The notes under the pieces: model-generated
What the model saw: only the letters and a program-made list of their open reading frames with translations
The model's database searches: none
Told to the model about the DNA's origin: nothing
Program-made: the position numbers and the translations under genes
Assembly (NCBI GenBank): GCA_964057225.1
Contig: OZ059898.1
Span: 12,338,001-12,402,000 of the forward strand
DNA from: Auanema rhodensis
Lineage: Eukaryota > Animalia > Nematoda
Length of the DNA stretch: 64,000 nucleotides
Direction of reading: 5' to 3'
Shown here: in pieces, positions 37,931 to 50,200 of the stretch
Numbering within the stretch: the stretch's first letter is position 1
Layout: each line of letters opens with the position of its first letter

Positions 37931-40123
37931 TTATTTTTGGATTGAAATGATTTCACTGGAATAACGGCTCCTGAATAGAACAGTTAGTTATTCAAAAAAA
38001 CTTCTGTTCATCCTTTCGTTGAGAGAAAAATTTTGATAACACAGAACAAATTTCGCGTATAATTTTAAAATAAAATATTGACACGTAAACTCAAAATAAA
38101 TCAGATGTTCTTTCTCATTTTTTTTCTAATTTTTGTTGAAACAAGTTCAATATAACTAATGTAAATGAGACAATCGTCTTCACGTGATGACAACCGCCTT
38201 CATTAGAAGCACGCCATGTTCACGTGATTACACTCTCAAACGTATCATTTGTCTCCAGAGACACGTCGTTGTTGTCTGAAGTTGGTGACGATAGGCATAT
38301 TCCTTGCTTAAGTTTAAATCGACGTCATTTTTTTCTTCAACATTATACAACGAATTGCAATTCACTTTCAAACTCAATACGCATCTGATTCCATTGAGGG
38401 AGATGGGGAGGGGAATGGATGGGTGAGGAAAGAAGGTTTTGAGATGTTTGTCGATTCAGCCATAACACCTCTTCGGACTGCTTTTCAGCTCATTTTTTCT
38501 ATCTCAATCCCATTTCCACTTCTCATTATGCAGAACGATTAAAACTGGTTAGCTGTAGTGCACATACAGACACATGCATACCTAATACCTCAGATTATGC
38601 AGCCCCCACAGCCAGTTGACTGCCATTGGTTCCTTCCGTTCTAATAGTACTGTCAGTAGTTTGAAATTCAGTTTTGTCTCTCAATATTACTACCTCATAG
38701 ATGTATGTTCTATGTATGCGTATGTGCATTGTTTGATGACTTCTGGCTATCTGTTTCGACGCATCCTGTGTGTATGTGTGTGTGTGTCCCTTTGCGTCGC
38801 TCATCATACTTCAATTCCACTTCATCATCGTGTGATGAAATGAGACGACGTCAATACGCATACAGTTTCAGTTAGAAAACTTCTGTGTTGACGATTCTGA
38901 AGACAAGTATATGTTTATCGTGCTAGTCGTATATCTGATGCTTGCCTCCCTTGTCCTCGTTCACATCAAGCCGTGTGTATATGGCGATCATGTTCAATAT
39001 CTTGTTCTGACGATTAGACCGGAAGCAGAAGCAGTAGAAACCGAACAAATGATAATGATATGGATGTATATGACTCTCATCGTCATCATTATCGTTATTG
39101 AAAAACATTTCTTGAACATTTCATTTATTTCTTTTCGTTAGTTCTCCTCATAACACTTTTCCTCTTATCCATGTTCACCTACCCCATTTATCTCTGAAAA
39201 CATCGTTTCATGAACATCTGATTTTCACTGCAAAAAATTTCGTCTGCTGAATGGCTGTTTGGTCACCCACCCATTTTGCTGTCCGTTCATTCGCCCCCTC
39301 CTTCTCAACCCATTTTCTCCTATTTGCCCCCAAACTCTCAACTCTCGTCCTATTCGCCATCAGTATGCCCTGTTCCATGTTTCAACTCTGTCCTTTGGAC
39401 ATCCTCTCATCAATTTAATTCAACACATACTTTACACCTTGATGCTTTCACATACCTTCCTACCAAGCTGTCAGTGGCTTGCTGATCGCATACATCTTCT
39501 CCAGCTTCTTGTCCTATTTTTGACTTTCCTGTTCACATCCACAATTCATCCGGATTTCTTCACTTTCTCTGCCTTGTTCTTCATTTATTCTGTCCTTCTC
39601 CCCACTTCCTTCGCCCACTTCTTTACCATCAGCTGCCATGCTTTGATTCCCTCTTCTCTATTTTTTGCTTCTCATTCTGCAATCTCTTCTTCTCTCGTTC
39701 CTATGCGTAATATCTCTCGATAGGTCTCTGAAAATCTGGAAATTCTACATAATATCTCTTGTTTTCAATTGGCATATTCAATGATGTTTCGTGATGAAGT
39801 TGTACGATATGCTTTTTCTCGGAAATTACATCGAATCAAGATAGCATAACAACGCTTGATCATCTGAATATGTATGTATGAAGTATTAGATTGAGATAGA
39901 TTTTTCTATGAACGTGTCCAAAAAATTCCTTAAAACTTGCTTTTCTCTCTTCATTTCATTTGCTTTGTTATTCCGAGTTCTTGCTTTACTACAAGAGACA
40001 ATTCAACCATAACCTGTGTATTGGTCATGTCCCGACGTCGTCATCGTCATCTTCGTCTGTTGTCACAAACACAAAATTCGTTCTCTTACCTCTTTTTTCT
40101 ATTTTGTGGTAGAGTATTCTATT

Positions 40124-40208
<85 letters not shown>
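40124..40208 (+). repeat. (CT)n microsatellite
   Basis: Read directly from the sequence. Confidence 0.95.
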
Positions 40209-40212
<4 letters not shown>

Positions 40213-41034
40213 TGTGTGCTTCAATATCTAAATAACTGTGTACCTTCCATGCATATTTGGCGTTTTTCTTCTTATTTTAACGCATATAAAAGTTAAAAAA
40301 GTATCAAAAGACTTGTTCTATGAAGAAACATTTTACCCCGTGGCATTGCTTTCTTCAACGTTCGACTTGTGCTGTTTTCGAACTTAAACTGCAAAATGAT
40401 ACTTTGAGCTGTGAAAAACTTAAGATTTATCTGGACTTGGCAACTGAGGCAGTTCTTTTGCTTGAAAGGCTGTCATTCGTCATGAGGTTGAATGCTATAG
40501 CCCAAGTGCCGCTCAAGTTGGTAACAGTTGTTTCAATCTTTTATTGCACCATTCTTTTCTTTTGGTATGATACAAGTATTTTATTTCGCCAAAACATCGG
40601 ATTAATAGCCAATTGTTTTGAAACAGTTCTGTACAACATCAATATCATAATCAGGCGATGTCATGCTACTACTCTTCTCCATATTTCCTATCACAATTCA
40701 GTTATCAAATAGTTTTGTAAGTATCTTGATGCTTAGTTTCATCATCACATGGCTACTTAGCTGTGTGTATGTGTATCTCTCTCTCTGTGTGTGTGTCGCT
40801 TTCGTAGCATTACTCTCTATTCTACGAAAATCATTCTAAGACGAAGTCATCGAGTAGTTTCATTGTTCTCAATCTCAATTTTATTCTTTTTCACTCATCA
40901 TCTCCACCTTTTTTCCATGAATTTTAACGTCAAAAGGTCATGATGTGTGTACTAGTTCTCATATAATTAGTATTTTAAAAAGTTCAATTAATCTATTTAT
41001 ATCAGTGAGAACCATGAATACATAGAGACTCACA

Positions 41035-41057
41035 TACACACACACACACACACACAC
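41035..41057 (+). repeat. (CA)n microsatellite
   Basis: Read directly from the sequence. Confidence 0.9.
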
Positions 41058-42621
41058 AGACATATACACACTCACACTCGTATACACATACGCAACTTCA
41101 TTCACAGTTCATAATCATTTTGCTTTATCGGAGTACTTGGTATTCAGGTGTTTTTTTGGTAATTCTATTCTACTTTATAACTATGCTATTTCATTAACTA
41201 TATTTATAGAAAAGACATAATCTACATGACATATTTACAATTATTCTTGTGTATATGTTATAAAAAAAAATTATGTGATTTATGATTCATATTAGATATG
41301 GAGGTGGTAGCTGACGACGACATGTCATCGCTCGGTTCTTCTTGCTCAGCCCAATTCCTATTGGGCCAACGTTTATGACATGGCAATATTTTCTATATCT
41401 ATACACATAATCACATTTTGATTCATTCTCTTTCTAATGTTGTAACACACAAATTTGCTGTATCTGCTCAGAAAATAGTATCTTGTTTGCAAGTTTTGAA
41501 CGAAAAAAAAAACAAATGTTTACTTTATAAAATGTAAATATATGTAATTTTCAATTTAAATTTTGTATGTTCTAATCTTTTAACAATTCGAAAATTCATC
41601 AGCTGTTCAGCATGTCTTTACTTCAATCCTACCTTCTTCTTATTCTTCTTCTTCTTCTTCTTCCTCTTCCAATCGCTGTGTGTCTGAACAACATAACATC
41701 TATGAGCTGACATACAGACACACATAGACTAGAAGAAAAGCAGAGAGCTGTTCAATCGATAGTAGCGCACGATGGGAGAGGGGAACAAGATAGAGAGGGA
41801 GATAGAGAGAGAGAGAAAGTAGATTCAACCACATTAGTCATGTTGCTTATGTCCCTTGTTATACTTTTGTCTTTCGGTTATAATGAATAAGCATGAAGAG
41901 TATACAGAAGCTTGATATCATGACATCGTGATCATGATAGGCTTTAAACTGCTATTAGGTCGTCTTTTTCTTTTTCTCTTTATCATGATATCTATTAATT
42001 CAAAACTTTACATATGTTCATTATGTTTATAATCATATGTTCATTTGACCCTTGTGTCAATTGGATATTGGCACCGCCTTACCCGCCCTCATCTCTCTGT
42101 CTCTCTCTCTCTCTCTCTTTTTCTGTCCTTCCCTCCCTTTATAACCATTACTTCGCCAATTTCATTCATATCATGGTTTGAGCATGATCTTCTCTTCTAT
42201 TCCAACCAGTAGCTATTGAACAAAAGATTAATATTCGATCATTATAATATTACAAACTCTGTAATAGTATGAGGAAATACATCTCATTCTCATGATGGCC
42301 GATAGCCACGATGTTGCTTGGACTATTGCATTCTTCATCTCTCTTTCATAGTTTTATACATCGTATGATATATCCTTTTCTTTCATTCATTTTCTTTATG
42401 AAATTGTCAGAAAATAAGTTTTTTTTTTTGAAAAGAAAATATATGAAAAGTAGAGTTTTGAAGTAGAAGAAAAAATTTGAACGACACAAGAGAACGAGAG
42501 AGAGAGACAGAGAGAGAGGAATTGCAGACTGTTCTCTATTTATCGATATGACTTTCATGTTATTGTGTGTAATGTTGGTTAGGGCTGGAATCGGATGACT
42601 ACCAGTCCCTCTAACATTTAA

Positions 42622-42633
42622 AGAGAGAGAAAT

Positions 42634-42677
<44 letters not shown>

Positions 42678-42680
42678 AGA
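42622..42680 (+). repeat. Imperfect (GA)n microsatellite
   Basis: Read directly from the sequence. Confidence 0.9.
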
Positions 42681-43949
42681 TAGGAACAAGCCACACTGTG
42701 CAGCATTGCATACACAGCATTTCCATCAAAATTTCTTGTATACTGTGATTATATACTATAATATAAAAAAAAATAAATCACTTTTACGTATCAAACTACT
42801 ACATGTATTACGTGATTATTGCAAAACTTTGCTCCATCTCTGTATCTATTAAACTATCTCTGATACATAAGAATTCTCCGAAATCAATTTAGCTCGTAAC
42901 AAATTGTTCAGCAATAATGTTCTTTTTGTTTGATCTTCTAAACAAAATTTAGTTTTGAATTGTTAGAATCATCTTCTGTTATAAAGACAAATATGCGATG
43001 AAAATCTTAAAACCATCGTCAATCTGTTATCTTTTCTCCTCTTGATTGTATATCATAATGATTCTTCACCTGCTTCATCGTAGTCTTCGTTTTCTTCTTT
43101 TTCCATTTTCCTCCCTCTTCTTCTTCATCATTTTCTTCTTCTTCTTCTTTTTTTCCCAACTTCGTTTAACCCTCCGTCAATTAGTTCTCTTCTTCAGAAA
43201 GTCGTTTCGCTTTTGTCTCTCCTCACATTCGTTTGCTTAGAGTACTCTAGCAAATATGAAGATACAAAAATTCCAATTCAACTTCTTCTGTTCATTCTAA
43301 ATTCTTATCAGGATTGAGCATGAAAATCATTGTTTTCGGCATCTTTGCTACTCCATTCATTACAACATCAAATTACATGAATGTTGTGCATCTGCATGTG
43401 TGTGCACGTGTGTGTATCGATATTGACGGACCAGGTAGAAGGAAGAACTGACGGAAAATAGTTTTTGACCAATCTTGCAGAAAGGTGCAACTGGAGTTTT
43501 GAAAGTAAACTCTCCTATCTTTATCTGATTTCCTCTTATAATGTAAACAACAATAGATTATATACTATACTGTTTCTAACTATACGTATGCTATCTCTCA
43601 AAAATTCTGCTACAAATAATTATTTCCTCTTCCACGTATATACAGGAAGTATTACGAGCTCTTTTTTTTTGATTGGACAATACTCACTCTCACTCATCTC
43701 TCTCTCTCTCTCTCTTTCTCTGTCTCTCTTACTCTCTCTCTCTCTTTCATTCTCCCATTCCGTAATCTCACTTGACACATTCGCTCTCGATCCCAATCAT
43801 TGAATGGATTATATCGTTTATACAAAATATCTTCCATATTACTCTTGATTTTCTGAATATTTATTATCATTGTCATCATTATAATTGATTTGTTATAATC
43901 TGTTCAATTCGTTTAACATTTTCCCAGCCTCTTTACTCCACTCCCTTAT

Positions 43950-43996
43950 ATATCTCTCTACCTCTCTATCTATCTCTCTCTCTCTCTACGCCTCTT

Positions 43997-44079
<83 letters not shown>

Positions 44080-44085
44080 CTCTCT
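43950..44085 (+). repeat. Imperfect (CT)n microsatellite
   Basis: Read directly from the sequence. Confidence 0.9.
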
Positions 44086-45973
44086 TCCTCCAACTCTCAG
44101 TCAGTTTCCGCTCAGTTTCACCTTTTTCTATTACTTTTTCTCTTCTCTCTTTCGTTTATCATCTCATATTCTCATATACTCTATCTCAAGTTCCGGAAAT
44201 GAACTGTGCAGGACAGGCATGCCATCGTGTAATATCTCGATAATGAACCAGAAACGAAACCGCAATGCTACTACCGTAACTATACCGTGAGATTTATTCG
44301 TTTAAACACTGAAAAACTATCCTCTCCAACGAATATTTTGCTGTAGAAAAGTGTTAAACTGCTAATAGCGATGGTAACAGTATCATTGGACAACGTTATT
44401 CACAACGTTGACAATGCTATGAGGAGAAGCGATGTGGCATCAGTAACGATGTCATCGTCGACGACGACACATGAGTTGTGTCATTGAGTTGTGGGCGGCA
44501 TAACGATTATGAAGCATTTAAACGCCGTTTACTGTGAAAATGACATGCTTTTCTTCGACTTTTCATCCTTTTCTTTCTTTTTCTTTCTTTCGTTCATCGT
44601 CTACCATCAAGTCTTTCTCGACTAGATTACGCCGTTAGCATTTACGTCATCGTGTAATCTCCGTTCAGGTTCTTACCTTTGACCTCATCTCCTCCATCAT
44701 CTTTCATTCTTTCACATTTTGCCGTTGCTGGCTTGTTGTTCGACTTTTAATTCGCATTGCTTGATGATCCAAATTAGCTCAGCTGATCAGTGGATTCTCC
44801 CACCTCCTTAGTAATCCTGCGAGAACACGAAACGAATATGGGATTTTCAACCATGATCCTCTGTCGAAGTATCGGTTTGACTACCTGACAACTCATCGCC
44901 TTACACACACGCACTTACCTACCAGGATACACTAGCAGTAAGGCCCCCCGGTACGTCCCAGCCCAAAGCGTTACGTACCTCCTCAGCTTGTTTTCTCTCT
45001 ATTTCTCTCTTCATTGGCTGTATCTTTTCAACTGTCTTTCGCCGCGCTCACACTCTGCCCCAACTTCTTTTTTTCTTTTCACTCCTTTCAAGCTTCAGCT
45101 TTTTTTCTCGGCTTCTCTCTAGTGCATGTTTGCTCACTTTGGTCAAAGTAAAACAGCTGAACAAACAATAGATTCGAGATTTTTTTAACTAAAAAAAATT
45201 GTTAACCATATTTGGTCAATCGGCTCTTCTCAATTTTTCACCACGAACATCTCCATTCTCACATTTAACTCTTATTTAACATACAAAAAGCCTCCATTCT
45301 CCACTAGTCCATCGTTCAAAACTTGGCCCCAAAGCTTTATACAGTCAACAATGAATGTGAAAATATGATAGAGAAATGAGAAATTTTTCTATTTTCTTCT
45401 CAAATATCATAAATTTAGCAGAAGTTTTTGATATATTTCATTACAACTTCATCATCTCCTTTGGCCAGCCATTCATCTGCTCTTTGATTTCAATTCGTTC
45501 AACTAAATTTCTGAATTGTTTTCAATGATTTGTATAAGTATTCATGATCAAATATCATATTTCTTGTCGCTGAGGACGACTATATGAACAAGAATATCGT
45601 CAATCAGTCAGTCAGTCAGTCGGCAAGCTCGATTACATCACAATGATCTATGTTTCTGCTATTCTTACTTCTAATGACAGTTTGAAATTTAAGTTATATA
45701 GTGTGTAGAACGTCCTCGGCCATTGACTTACGTCTCTCATCTGACCTTCTATATGACATCCGGCTTATCAGTTTTCAGGAGATTTCTCCTTAAACACCAT
45801 TTGTATAGTATATAGTAGCATTTTACTATACATATAATCAGTTTTGTTTTTAGGATCAGTTATCACAAAGTAAACTTGATAGCCATTTTTCATTAAATTG
45901 TTATTCTATACATTCTTTACTAGTAAAATTTAATGAACAACGAGTCATTTTTATCTATACCGCCAACCTGGCG

Positions 45974-45975
<2 letters not shown>

Positions 45976-46014
<39 letters not shown>
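45976..46014 (+). repeat. (CT)n microsatellite
   Basis: Read directly from the sequence. Confidence 0.95.
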
Positions 46015-46017
<3 letters not shown>

Positions 46018-47114
46018 GGTACACGCAACCCATATATAGTTTGTGACTTCGTTTATCCTCATTAGTTTTATTCTATCCTTGAGTTTTTTATCTTTTTCTT
46101 TATATTTCAAGTTTTACAACTCATCCGTAATCTCTACCATAGAAGACAAAAGCAAAATCGTTTTCCAAAAAACTATCATTCTCTATCTGATAATAATGGT
46201 GGCTCACTCCACTTTATTAATATCCTCGACAGCATTGGCCGACACAAATCGTCTAACGTTGATACTGGTGATGAAGAAGTTGGTGAGGACGATCCATCTT
46301 CAATAGACGAACTGGATCAACTTTGACATTTTTATCTCATGTCATATCTATTTCTCTCTTACTCCCTCTCTCCCACCCCTCCCTCTTTCGCTATCTCTGT
46401 ATCTGCTGTAAGCTTTGTCATTTCTCTTTCTATCTGTTCTATATACATCTTGTTACCTTGTTATTTAATTTCCCACAAAGATCACGAACTTACAGTGTCA
46501 TTTTTAAACTGTAACGATTACCTTTGCCCTCTGTGGCTTAAAGTTTCTCGAGAAACGAATAACGTGAAACGCCGTTTACACCCAATATGTATGGCCTTGT
46601 TTGGCTACCATCATTTAGCTGATGTCAGTCTGTTCAATCTATTTGTCAGTCTAGTTTGTAACAAGCATCAAACGCCCGGTCGTGGTCGTTGTCTTCATAT
46701 TCGCCATCATCATAATCATCTTCTTCTTCATCATTATCGGCCTCGTCTCTTCGCCATTTTCCTGTTGATGTTTTATATGCTTTTAGCTTGCTTATCAAAC
46801 CATTTGCCAGCATAGTCTTGAAACCTATTCGTTATTTCATCTAGCTTTCTGTTCTTCTTCTGCAGTTTTCTTTTCATTCACCGTTTCGTATCGTTTCAAT
46901 CATTTTTTCTTCACCAATTAAATTTATCCTTGCTTTTCTTCTAGCTATATCATGATGACTTTTTATATTCGACATGTCTTTGAATTTTCTTTTAGACGAG
47001 AAGAGAGTGTCAAATAATCTGTCATGCTAGCATAGACTGCCAGTCTCTCTAAATGTTTTTCACTTGGTTCTCTTCCTATCTCCATACCTTTTCTATCATT
47101 ACTCTTCTACCCGG

Positions 47115-47218
<104 letters not shown>

Positions 47219-50200
47219 TCTCTCTATACCATCCACCCATTTCTTCCGTCTTTTGCTATCATTAAGATCGCATAGTTGGCTTGAAGACAGTTCTTGATAA
47301 GGATTGAAGTCTTTCAAGTCTATCATATCAAACTGTCTTCAGGTTCTTCTAACCTTGTTTATATATGTATACATGTAGTCAAGAATTATCGACATAAAAT
47401 GAATTCTCCTCAAGTAAATATATAACTGACTGATTACAGTTCTTATATCTGATTGGCATGCCCGAATGCTCACAATTATCTGTGCCTATATAAGGATGAC
47501 TTGATAACCTTATCATGAGACTTTTAATGAGCTATATGCTATTGCTGAACTTCAACCTAATGGTCATCTGTTCCTTTTTTTACCTTTTGCTCTTCTGCTC
47601 TTCCTTTATTACTATTCTGCTTTCTCTGCTGGTTCTTTATAGTTCGAACGAACCTTCTCAGATAGCAGCATTTTCAAACTCCATGCAATTCGATGACGTT
47701 GTAATGAAAAGATAGAAAAAAATAAGTGTGAAGCAAATGCAGCTTGAAGACTCAAAGTGAAAATAGACGGAACAGCCATTATTATGTTGTTAAGTTCAAA
47801 TTTCATCTCACATTTGGTCTCCTTTTTCCGATTTTGCCTCGAAGTTAACCTTGTAAATAGCCATTTTTTGCTGTATGTAATCAGCAGACCTTGGTGAGCT
47901 TATCGTGACTATCGATCAGAAAAATTTAGCCTCGGATTCATTAGATGCAAAAATTAAGAAAACCGTCATCCTTGTTTTCTCTGTCTATTTCATGCAGACT
48001 TTATCTGGCCTCGTTCATTTTTTTTTGTTTCTTCACCCAGTACCAAATATTTCAATCACTACTTCAAATTGGACTGTCCTACTGTTTTCCGTAAGATTTG
48101 ATGTAAAAACGTACCTTATTAGGTCAAACTACTGTTTTTTTCCATTTTTTCGGAAATTATATCAGCCGTTCTCTTATTCTTTTTCTCTCTCTTTCCTCGA
48201 TTGCATAGTAGCCCAATTTAACGACCAGGATTGATGACGACAAACAGTGAAGCAAATTTATGTAGTTCTCATACTCACTTCTTCATAGTTGATTCTGCAC
48301 AAAGTTGAAAACGGCTACAACGGTGTCGTTTGTCGTCTGTATCATTTTGCCCCAACACGACCACTAACATCGTCCTCAAAGGTGCCTTGGACCGCCGATC
48401 ATCAGTAGCGGTCGATGATGGAAGATGATGGGGGTCATTCTGTCATTTCCTGCAATTGAAAAGATCCTTCTATTGATTTAGATAGAACACATAAATTCGT
48501 TAATATCGTTTAGTCTATACAAATTGTCCAATTTTATTCTTCTCCCCCCCCCCCCACTCCTTTAAAATTATACCTAAGTGTATTACTGATTTTAAGCCGT
48601 CGCTGCGTCTTGTTCATCAGCAAAATTATTATAAAATATCTTTTTCTGTCAATGAGTTCTCTATTGTGTTATCGTAGTCTGATCCTAAATATTGATAACG
48701 AATGATAATTTTCTCGACATATGTCTGACGTGCCATCGAAAATTGTATGCTTTCAGATGTGAGGACATCCATGTTCGTCCGACCTGATGGTCGTCCACAC
48801 ATGATGCAGATGATGTTCTACTGCGCAGTTTTGGGTTTGAATCTGAACAGCCCTGAAATACATATTTAAACAGCCCTGCCTCTATAGCCTTAACAGATTG
48901 AACGCCATATAAGGTCAGTTTTAGCAGCTTTCCTCTATCATGATCGTGAGATAGACCAAAATCAAAGCTAATGTCATTAGCAGGCGCTTTATAGATTGTT
49001 CAAGAAGGTCATACTAACTCATCTTGCTTTTCAGATCTTCATTTCATCGCCAGCCCTGTCGCCTATAAATGACATGAAAACCATTTGAGCTGGAGGTTAC
49101 TAACCAAATACCATACATGGTGAGTAAAGAAGTAGCTTTCATGGCATTTTTCTTGTTTTTCTTTTGTAATTTCATTGACGATTTGAAAATTTATTTCTTT
49201 CCGTATCATTTCTTCACTATTCTGATGTGAATGTCAGTCAGCAAATAGATACGATAATTGTATAAAAGAAAAGGAACAAGAATAGAGGGAGTAAGATAAT
49301 GTGAAAGAGAAAAACGTTTGAAAGAAAAAGAAAATGAGAGAGAGACAGGTAGAAATAAATTTATAGAGAGAGAGAGAGAAATGAAAGAGTATAACACAGA
49401 GAGTTGAGTATCTCAGAGGGAATAGAAAATATATTACAGTTTTTTTTTGTTATCATCTTCAAGAAGCTTTAGAACCTCGGTGTTGAGTCAATTATTTGAA
49501 AGTTATATATCTAAAATTATGTTTTCATTTGTTGATCAGCTTAAAACTTGACAGAAAAACCGCAATTTGCTTGACCTCTTCAGTTTCAAAGCTCCAAAAA
49601 TCGTTTAAATAACGAGATTCGCTGTTGCGCCGAAAATTAAAAAAAGTTAAGAAAGGAAATATGAACTGGCAATCTTTCATCATATTTCCAGCACAATATA
49701 TTATATGAAATAGTTTTCAATCAGCTAATTCAATATGATTTCAGATATTGTTTGTGCCTGAAACGCAGCAGCAAGCCGATTGTCGTCATGAACTATTACC
49801 AAGTGTCGTTGTAACTTTTCTTCAATTACTGTTTCTTCGTACAATATCAACTGAGTTCCACGTCGGAATCTTCTTCTTTTTGTCGATAGCCATCAAATAT
49901 TGTCTTCATTTTCCGTATTTTCTTGGACTTATACAACGGGAATCCACGACGTGCCTAATGGAGAGGATCTGCTTACACTTTGATACTTTTCCTGCCCTCA
50001 TCGTACCAACTCTTCAACAACTTCCACGTGATGATCTACAGAAGAATCTGACTTAAAACTCTGATACATCGTCTTTCATTCACCGATTTTCATATGTTGT
50101 GGCCTTGCCTCGTGATATATCAATTCGGGGAATGTATTTGCGTGCGTGTGTGCGTTTGTGCTTGTTCTTCTGAACCACTTTCACATCTGTATGTTGTAGC

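Noticed and set aside
38540-38700. Reading the two minus-strand TGAGGTA... 22-mers as a let-7-family miRNA gene cluster
   Set aside because: Hand-folded hairpins are short or heavily bulged and leave the 5' end poorly paired; the target-site reading fits better. RNAfold plus small RNA-seq would settle it.
48280-48860. Two minus-strand acceptor-led exon-like segments
   Set aside because: No phase-consistent ORF or recognisable protein could be assembled.
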